A stretch of 64,000 nt of DNA. Source: Lytechinus pictus (lineage: Eukaryota). The notes beneath the pieces are model-generated. The model had not been told where the DNA came from. It did not search any database and saw nothing but the letters and a program-made list of their open reading frames with translations. The stretch covers positions 4,836,001 through 4,900,000 of the forward strand of contig NC_087256.1 in the NCBI RefSeq assembly GCF_037042905.1, given 5' to 3'. Both the position numbers and the translations under genes were made by a program. Shown here piece by piece: positions 55,774-64,000 of this stretch (position 1 is its first letter; every line of letters starts with the position of its first letter).

Positions 55774-56092
55774 NNNNNNNNNNNNNNNNNNNNNNNNNNN
55801 NNNNNNNNNNNNNNNNNNNNNNNNNNNNNNNNNNNNNNNNNNNNNNNNNNNNNNNNNNNNNNNNNNNNNNNNNNNNNNNNNNNNNNNNNNNNNNNNNNNN
55901 NNNNNNNNNNNNNNNNNNNNNNNNNNNNNNNNNNNNNNNNNNNNNNNNNNNNNNNNNNNNNNNNNNNNNNNNNNNNNNNNNNNNNNNNNNNNNNNNNNNN
56001 NNNNNNNNNNNNNNNNNNNNNNNNNNNNNNNNNNNNNNNNNNNNNNNNNNNNNNNNNNNNNNNNNNNNNNNNNNNNNNNNNNNNNNNNNNNN
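55774..56092. other. Assembly gap (319 N)
   Basis: Run of N. Confidence 0.99.
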
Positions 56093-56674
56093 GTACTGTA
56101 TTGGATGTATTTTTCACCAAGAACCTAGACCTACTTTATTTCTCTTATAAATAATTTCTAGTCTAACCATAACAGAAGTGAGTGCAGACAAAGTCACGCC
56201 ATGTCTATTCATATACCAATATCACTTCACCCGGCCCCAATTAGTGATACGATCACTCAGGCATGCCCTTTTCTGCATCGCAGTCACACCAAATGGAAAT
56301 GTTCTAGACAGATCAACATAATCAACGTCATTCCGAATCACTATTACTATATCAATCGATCGGTTAAGAGTTTTTTTTGTGAGGTGTGACTTGCTTCTTC
56401 CAGTGATAGATTATCACTCGGGTAGGAATAAGAATAAATCACAGTTCAAAAACAAAAAATACAAACAATAAATTTAAACGGCCTATTTTGACCATTGTTA
56501 TTTAGTTTTTAAACTGGGTAATGTACATATAAAATTTTACCAGTCGACTTTCTTCGATTACAGTGATTCTTTGTCGGATCACGTCAGACGTTCTAAAGCT
56601 TAGCTTAATGAGATCAATTGTGTATATTGTAAACATTGATAAACGTGAATAGTTAATGACAATATTGTCATTAA

Positions 56675-57258
56675 AGGAGAATGAAACCCTTGAAACCAGC
56701 TGAATCCATATCAAAGAGAAAATTCAAATATACATATTGTTGAAAGTTTGAGGAAGATTGAGTGAATAATAAGAAAGTTATGAGCATTTGAATATTGAGA
56801 TCACTAATGCCATGTAGATCCTCCCATTGGCAATGCAACCAAGATATGTGATGTCACACACGTACAACTCCCTCATTACCTTAGTACTTATTTCACTTAT
56901 ATTCTCACTTTTATAGAGTCTATCACAAGGTGAGGTGTTCTTTTTATGAGAGGACAAGTATAGAGGTTTCACAACATTATATCATTGACGAATCGTTTGT
57001 CATATGATTAGAATGAGCAAAAAGAGATGTTTTGGGGTATATTTTCAGTGTCCAAAAGGGGAGGGTTGTTCATCTGTGACACCATAGATCTTGGTCGCAT
57101 TGCCAATAGGAGGATCTCCATAGCATTAGTGATCTCGACATTCAAATGCTCATAACTCTTCTATTGCTAGTCCTATTTTACTCAAACTTTTGTTGATCTT
57201 ATTCTTTGATTTTTCTGCTTTCACAAAAGCTAACTTGCTCCAAGAGTTTCATTCTCCT
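56675..57258. mobile_element. TTAA-target MITE (Kolobok/T2-type)
   Basis: TTAA|AGGAGAATGAAAC ... GTTTCATTCTCCT|TTAA, with long imperfect subterminal inverted repeats (AGTTATGAGCATTTGAAT..GAGATCACTAATGC / GCATTAGTGATCTC..ATTCAAATGCTCATAACT). Confidence 0.85.
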
Positions 57259-58128
57259 TTAACTATTCACTACTGCACATCTATACCCAAGGATTGGAGT
57301 TAATTTCCCGAATGACTGTAATGTTTGTTATTCTTTATTTTTCTCAAAAAGAATGATAAACATTAACAGTATATTGGGCCCGAGGCAGTCGAGGTCGGGC
57401 CCAGACCGACACCGATGACACCCGGTGTAAGGCTCTTGGAGATCGAGCGAGATTAATTTCTATTTCAATCGTAAAACCTGGAATTGTGGTGCCGTTTTAA
57501 CACTATAAAATGCTAAACTACTAAACCTCTGCATAATTTTGTAAGTTTCCAAATATTAAGAGTCAATCTTATTATCACGATGGATATTATTGGTTTTGGA
57601 GAATGTACATGGAGTATGGAGTTACTCCATGCTTTGACATCGTGAAACTATTGCCAAACCTAGTTTTGAGTATGCGAGAGACAACAACGGCCGAAAGAAA
57701 TAAATTTGAAAAGAGAAAATTGCGTTATAAATCATAATTTTATAGTTTGAGTGGGAAGCTTTTGACCATAGTTTTGACAGCATTTCACACTACAATCCCC
57801 AATCCCCATGATTGTGGCCCCCAAAGCTATTATGTAGAGTAATAATTTGCTCCGCTTTATGGATCTGTTCTATTCACTGAACTCGAGGGTCAACTTTAAT
57901 AACAGAGTATGAATTGAAATCCCAGTAAACTAACCCCCTGCTTAGAATTGTGTCAAAAGTCAAGCAAGGTTCACTTGAATTATAACTTCAAAAGAAATGG
58001 ATAAAAGATAAATCAGAGAGAGAGAAAAAAGAAAGAGGAAGGGAGAGAGAGTGAGTGGCAGGGGCGAGGAAAAGGTGAGCCTAGTGTGATTGTTATCAAC
58101 ACCGATGAATATATTTGCTTGGCGTGCA

Positions 58129-58138
58129 GTGACGTCAC
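58129..58138. promoter_or_regulatory. Full palindromic CRE (GTGACGTCAC) with a nearby inverted CCAAT box
   Basis: TGACGTCA at 58130-58137, ATTGG at ~58178. Motif match only. Confidence 0.35.
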
Positions 58139-59276
58139 AATATGATATTATTCTCAGGTTCAAGGCCACGGCCTCTATTGGTCAAAGTCACGTTTTTATT
58201 AGTACACGCGAGTTTGAAATAATTTGAGGCTTCGATGAGACCATAACTATGCCTGTTCGTTTGAGAAGCCAGGTCCACAAAGAATATTTTGATCCCTGTT
58301 AATGTGAGGCTCGAGTGGGCCAGGAGGGGGGGGGGGGGGGGGGGGCTTTATCAACGTCTTCTCACGTTTTGTGTTTCATCTTAACACCAACAATTTGTTT
58401 CAAAATTCTGTTGTTTATTTTTAATTGAGATATTGAATCATAGGAAATGTCAAAAGTTACTTGAAATGCCATGATTCGATTTGGGATGTATGTATTATCT
58501 GCCTCGGGTTATTTTCGAAGCGATCCGGGAAAGCAATACAGGGGCTTGTGATTAAATTCGTTTATGAACACAATTCTCATTGGCAAATCGGTATATAAAA
58601 ACTTTTCGAAGTAGTATGATTAAATTTCATTGTGAAATATTATTTTTTTCATCTGATGAATTGGGGCTTTTTTTATTTGCATTTCATACATCAAATATGC
58701 ACAATGAAGTTTAGAGTCGAAAATGTTAAAAGGTGAACTTGCAATTACATTGCACAGGCGCGGATTTTATATGAATACTTTGACAAGCAAGCAAAAAAAA
58801 ATCTTTATAAAATGATGGGCATATTTTCTTCGAAAAAAAAGCGCCAAGTATAAAGTAAATTCAATTGTATTAAAAAAAAAATCATCACTCATTTTTGCAA
58901 TAAATACATTTTACATGCCGCTTCATTAATTTTCAAATTTTACGGGATGTGCCTGCACATTTCACCCCACCCGTAGATTTTTCCTAAAAAAATAAACTTT
59001 CACTGACTTACATTAAGTCAACAAAACGCAAATACAAAACGCAAATACAAAAAATAAAATAAAACGAAATGTAAATTATTTCAACTAAAAATAAAACAAC
59101 AGAGAAAATAAACACATCCAACTAAAAAAAAGGCTTCCCCCCAAAAAAAATTGAATACATTGAAATAAATGAAATAAAGAAATTTAAAAAAAATTAACAT
59201 AATAAGAAAATCAAAATGAAAAAAAAAGAAAGTAAAGTTAAAAAAAAAACAAAAATATGAAAGAAAACAAAAATGC

Positions 59277-59281
59277 AAAAA
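59277..59281 (-). terminator. RNA polymerase III oligo-T terminator of the SRP RNA gene
   Basis: T5 directly after the RNA, followed by ~240 nt of further T-runs on the minus strand. Confidence 0.8.
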
Positions 59282-59578
59282 GGATTGGGTTTCACTGTGT
59301 TGAACGGGCTGTAAGCCGCCGACTATTCACAGGCGCTATCCCACTACTGCTCCACACGGGGACTTTTGCCTGCTGCGTTTCCGCCCTGGGCCAGTACGTC
59401 CCTCCTTAGACGACCTGGTTGCCCGATCCTCCGACCAAGTAACCATATCGATGCCGAGCTTAGCGCGGACGCCCGATCGCCATAGACCGACGACATACAG
59501 GACTCCCGCTCTCAAACGATCCACCAACCCCGACTTCCAAAGCAGCTGGATTACAGGCGCACGCCACAACGCCCAGTC
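59278..59578 (-). ncRNA. 7SL: Signal recognition particle RNA (7SL / metazoan SRP RNA)
   Basis: Minus strand starts GACTGGGCGTTGTGGCGTGCGCCTGTAATCCAGCT (Alu domain). It contains the helix-6 GGAG loop and helix-8 GGCCCAGGGCGGAAACGCAGCAGG (GAAA tetraloop, SRP54 site), then GGGATAGCGCCTGTGAATAG, and ends CCCAATCCTTTTT; ~300 nt. Confidence 0.97.
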
Positions 59579-62300
59579 GAATTTCCATTGGTAAAATAAG
59601 GATATTATCTTGGAGACTATTCATATAGCGGCGTAGAGGGCAACGTTCCACTGCTAGCTCAGGCTGATGCACTCAGATTCCAAATAATAGCAAAACATAT
59701 GTGAATGATCGCATTGCTTTTTTATATCGAATTCTCATACTTTTATTAGTACAAGCATTAGCACATACATATTGCAAACCATTATTGACCACCGATAATA
59801 TTACTGTTCAATCAAGTAACGCGAATAAAAATATAAGGCACTTTTTATCTCCACAAAATTGACTTGTGTACACATGCAAGTTTACCCAGTTCCTGTGTTT
59901 GACAATTCTTTTTAAAATTCTTTATTTATATTTTTGTGTTCAGTCAACAATTTCAAAGCTCTTAAGGACTGAAACCGTCGACACGGCGGAAAAAATAAAG
60001 AAAGGGGATAGCGAAATGATAAGTAAATAATATCGACAAAAGTGGTTACCTATACTATACTCCGGGTTTATTTTTTTGTTCATTTTACACTCAGCTTTAT
60101 TATTTAAATAAACGATAGTTTCAAATCGCCTTTATCAATTTTTGATTGAAATTTCATTTTAAACAGAGCACTGTCAAATTTTGACAAGAATCCCTCAACA
60201 CGGTTTCCAAATATGACGGTTCCTGGTCAATTTGTTATGGAGACTTAATATAATAAACTCATGCAAATTCATCTTAATTCATATTTCCAGGGTTTCATAC
60301 ACATAATTCTCCCCATGCTTCCTCCATTTTCCCCCACTTTGGAGCCTCCTTCCCCGTCGGAATTGAAATTATAATCTATTGTGACTTTTGAAAAATACAT
60401 TTTCCTTTCACGTTTTCTACAATGACTTATTTCACTGTAAAAACGTTGTTTAAACATTTCAAGCACACTGTTTAAGCCCGTCAATCCAACCATGCCAACA
60501 GCCATTGTTAAAAGTTTAAACATGAATAAGAACATTCACACTTTCTTAATTGTGGTGCAGTACTGGAATTTGCATTTCGAATCTCGATTATCATATATAA
60601 TTTTTTTACTTTGTAACAAAATGATATACGCAATGATACCTACATTCAAAATTTGAAAAAAAAATATGAAAATGCGGTAATATTATGTTTTTTTAAATCA
60701 AAATGACGAATTTCTGATGCGTGATCGATTCACTATAGAATCATAATAGATTGTGATATGGGACATATCAACATTGATAATTTCTTTCTCTCTATCACAG
60801 TAATTATGTTGGCTTTATGAAGTTTTGGGATTTTAATCCTTAAATAAGGACGTTCGAGTGAAATCAAAAGGGGTGAACAAGAAAAATCTTGTTATGCATG
60901 GCACCATTCTGCGTACAGATCAGTGGCCACGGAAATAAAAGGTTAGTACAGCTCCCTCTATCGTTCATTCCAGTACAGGGCCATTCGTTTTCAAAGGGGC
61001 CCGATCGAAGAGACATTGAACAATGGGAAATAGCTTTAATCTAAGAGTAATGGGTAGATGGAGATCGATACGAGATATTATCCAACATAATACCATCTTA
61101 TTCAGTGTGGGAGGCAGCTACACGAACACAATCAATGGATTATAACAACAGGAGTATACCAACGGGGGGTCGTGAAGCGTGATCTTGTAGTAATTTCAAC
61201 GCATTAAATTCGGCAAACAACATTCAACATGATACATGGACTTGTGATAAGAAAATAATAAATACTGAAGCACGGGCAGAAATCGAAGATTAACAACGAG
61301 TTGGAATTTATTGATATTGGAAGTTGTGATGACATCTTATGATTTCTTTTCGTTGACGGATAGCCTCATCTTATTTCGAGCTAGTTGAAAGAAATTCACC
61401 GGACCTGCCGTTGTGCTCACCATGGATACATGTTACAAGTCTGATAAAAGGTAAATATATATATTCATTTTTTTCAAACATTTTTTAGCTAGTGTAATCG
61501 CTTTCTTATTTACTTGAATCAATATTTCATACTTATGCAACCAATATTTTATGCAACCAATATAATATCAATCACCAATACATAGATAGTAAGATAATCC
61601 TAAATCACTTCCCCGCCTATAGTCCCATCGTAGGTTTAGAATCTAAAATTTAAAAGTTTTAGTTTCCAATACATAGAAAAGTATAACAGAAATATTCATT
61701 GCAGCCCTACTAGTCATGCCAGATGAAAACTTAATTTTTATGTAAAGTCATCATGAATTTAAGTGTTTAAAAGTTGGCTTTCGTAACTTGGTTAGTTATA
61801 TTAATTTTGTTGCGTGATGAACCAATGTTGTTTATATTTTGATCGTCAACATTCACATAAGATCCTGCAAAGCAGTTAATAAGTGTTTTCATTAAAAAAA
61901 ACATAGGAAATGTAAGTCAGATGACGTGATGGTCTTTAATCATTGAACTGTAGATGGACGCACAGTGCATAAAATAGACATGATTTACATGCCAACACAA
62001 TTATTTCACTCGAAATAAATGTTTATTTTAATATGATTAAACAATTTACCAATATATCATATTCTACCATGGAGTTACATGACTTGTATGACTGCCGGAG
62101 CCACCGATCTACCGTCGAGGGGGGCCGATGCGGCATCATACCGAATCAACACAAACAATTGAAATCAACTGGCCTGTTTCTGACTCAACTCATCTGTGTA
62201 ATTCATTGAATCGTGAAGCTTTGCAATAATTGGATATGACTGTCAGTTACATGATCAACTTCTTTTTTATTTTGATCGTACAGGTGAAGCTCATGACGCA

Positions 62301-62390
62301 ATGCTGATACGTGAATATATTGATGATGTTAGATCCCTTGAGGATGAGAACGGTTCGATGTCTAGTATCCCAAAATGCAACTTCAGATGA
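62301..62390 (+). other. Overlapping upstream ORF (29 aa, MLIREYIDDVRSLEDENGSMSSIPKCNFR*)
   Basis: Starts 17 nt into the exon that begins at 62284 and overlaps gene D by 16 nt; gene D is in its -1 frame. Confidence 0.5.
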
Positions 62391-63544
62391 TGCCTGCCGA
62401 TACGGGCTTATCAAGTTCTGAATCGGACAGCAGTAGTAGCAGCATCAAGATGACGTTAGGGTCGCCATCATCACCAAGTAAACTCAGGGGTACCTTCACG
62501 CTCTCGTCGGCCACTGTAGATCCTCTCACCAACTTCGACTCGTGGCCTACGACCACAGGGTTCACCTCGAAAGCGATCACGGAGCCGCGACCAGGAGTTG
62601 GACGCGGTCGTCTCCCGTCGATTGGCGAGTTGAATCCGGCCTCGAAACTAGTTTTCCCTGCTCAACAGAGTTTCATGCAGATGTTCACAACCCCGGGAAC
62701 TGATGGAAGTATTTACTCGAAAAGGAAGAACCTTTATGCGGGTTACCATCAACAGGCTCAAGGTAGACCGGTCAAAGACCGCATCATCAAGCATAACCAA
62801 CCGGAAGTGCAGAATAAGTCTCGTGTAGAACCGTTACCCGAAGAAACTGATGTAACCAACGCACCAAAATCTTTCCTGCAGGGAAGTGGATTGTTAGAAC
62901 CTAGTAAAAATGTATGGACGGCGCCATCGGACATGACCAAAGGTCCTAAACATGTTGCATTGTTTCCAACGAGATCACCGCCATCAAAGTTGACCGCTCA
63001 ACGAGAAACGGTGACCATTGACGGTAAGATCCGTCGAGTCCGGTTTCTTAGCGCTGACCACACCCCTCTCAGGGAAGATCCAGAGTTCAAGAAGCTTTTG
63101 GGAAACACAAAGACAGTGAGCGAGATCAACCGGAAAACTGCACCAGACACTAAGGCAAAACCTACAGAAGACAAGAAAGTCAATCTGAGATCTGTGACCG
63201 TATCAAGGACAAGAAAAGCGAGTCTTGATGGGGGCGAGGGAGGTAAGATACTTCGGCCTACCCCAAAGCTTGACTCGAAGCAGGAATCGCCAGATGTGTG
63301 GTTAGAAAGAGCCAGAAAACTTCGTGCTTCGAAAGACAAAAATGCCAAAAAGACAGAGGGTACCTGCAAGCAATCCGAATCCATGAAGTTCCATGAGGAA
63401 GAGAATAATATGGACATAGATGATGATAAGACGTTGTGTAATGAAATTAAACATGTTAACTATTGTGATGAGAAGAAAACAAGATGGGTTGTAAGGTGGC
63501 TGGAGGAGGTTAATAGACAAAGTCATTTTGATATTATTGAGTAA
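62375..63544 (+). CDS. Uncharacterised disordered protein 'D' (389 aa); LxxIxE (LPSIGE), RVxF (RRVRF) and C-terminal VxxWLE motif
   Basis: 389-codon ORF in a single coding exon; likely 5'-UTR intron from AAG|GTAAAT (61451) to TTTTGATCGTACAG (62283). Confidence 0.87.
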   Translation: MQLQMMPADTGLSSSESDSSSSSIKMTLGSPSSPSKLRGTFTLSSATVDPLTNFDSWPTTTGFTSKAITEPRPGVGRGRLPSIGELNPASKLVFPAQQSFMQMFTTPGTDGSIYSKRKNLYAGYHQQAQGRPVKDRIIKHNQPEVQNKSRVEPLPEETDVTNAPKSFLQGSGLLEPSKNVWTAPSDMTKGPKHVALFPTRSPPSKLTAQRETVTIDGKIRRVRFLSADHTPLREDPEFKKLLGNTKTVSEINRKTAPDTKAKPTEDKKVNLRSVTVSRTRKASLDGGEGGKILRPTPKLDSKQESPDVWLERARKLRASKDKNAKKTEGTCKQSESMKFHEEENNMDIDDDKTLCNEIKHVNYCDEKKTRWVVRWLEEVNRQSHFDIIE

Positions 63545-64000
63545 GCTCAGCAATGCCGCATAGTCACTCACACTCCCTCTCGTGTTCTTACTTGGAGGTT
63601 GACATTCCTGATGTCAATCGAGACGGTTCATAAATTTGCTCTGGGAACAATATTGTTCCGATGGAAAATCGCCGCGTTAAGATAAACACAAAACATAACC
63701 TCAAAAACCTTATCTTTACATTATTCTGATAATAAAACTCTATTATAATTCTAACTCTAACCCTATGCCTTCTGAGATATTGAGACCGGAGTAATTGTCG
63801 CAGGAGCAAATGTCGTGTCGCCACAGAGGTTCAAACACTTTGATCTGATACGTTATCAGACTTGTTATTTATTGATGAATTCATTATCTGCTGGCAATGA
63901 CCAAATTATTTTGATGAGTAGGAATATGTCATTGAATATGAATGCCTTTTGCAAAAAATGACCAGATTGCACAATATATATTTTTAAGGAAAATCTCAGA

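Noticed and set aside
43885-56150. ORFs containing long X runs
   Set aside because: Artefacts of translating through N-gaps.
57376-57403. 9-bp GC-rich hairpin TGGGCCCGA..TCGGGCCCA as a Helitron 3' end
   Set aside because: No CTRR terminus at the expected distance; isolated palindrome.
59336-59672. Two short ORFs on the minus strand
   Set aside because: They overlap the SRP RNA gene and are not coding.
15091-63571. Antisense and alternate-frame ORFs inside genes A-D and the NACHT exon
   Set aside because: Expected shadows of GC-richer coding sequence, with no motifs or splice support.

Overview
AT-rich, intron-containing animal genomic DNA with two N-gaps. It is most likely an echinoderm (sea-urchin-like), inferred from the DEATH-NACHT gene and the repeat content. 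Contents: (1) 3' part of a multi-exon extracellular mosaic lectin (PAN-CTLD[EPN]-CTLD[QPD]-FN3-PAN, 23-7205,+). (2) A two-exon NLR-like gene with the odd order DEATH - hydrophobic helix - NACHT/WHD - short repeated tail and no LRRs (8990-11915,+). (3) Four single-coding-exon genes for 285-389 aa disordered Ser/Arg/Pro-rich proteins (A 14988-15959 -, B 22260-23240 -, C 50370-51227 -, D 62375-63544 +). (4) An intact SRP (7SL) RNA gene (59278-59578,-). (5) Many transposon relics, including a 3.2 kb Academ-like element with ~760 bp TIRs. The main candidate for an undescribed system is the A-D cluster. The proteins cannot be aligned by eye except for a shared near-C-terminal motif [DE]-x6-[IV]-x-x-W-L-[DE]-x-[VM]. 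Each carries a PP1 RVxF motif, and some carry further phosphatase-docking motifs (SILK, PxIxIT, LxxIxE). Gene D has an overlapping uORF resembling the N-terminus of C, joined by a canonical -1 slippery heptamer plus hairpin. No database searches or folding programs were run; family assignments rest on motif recognition.
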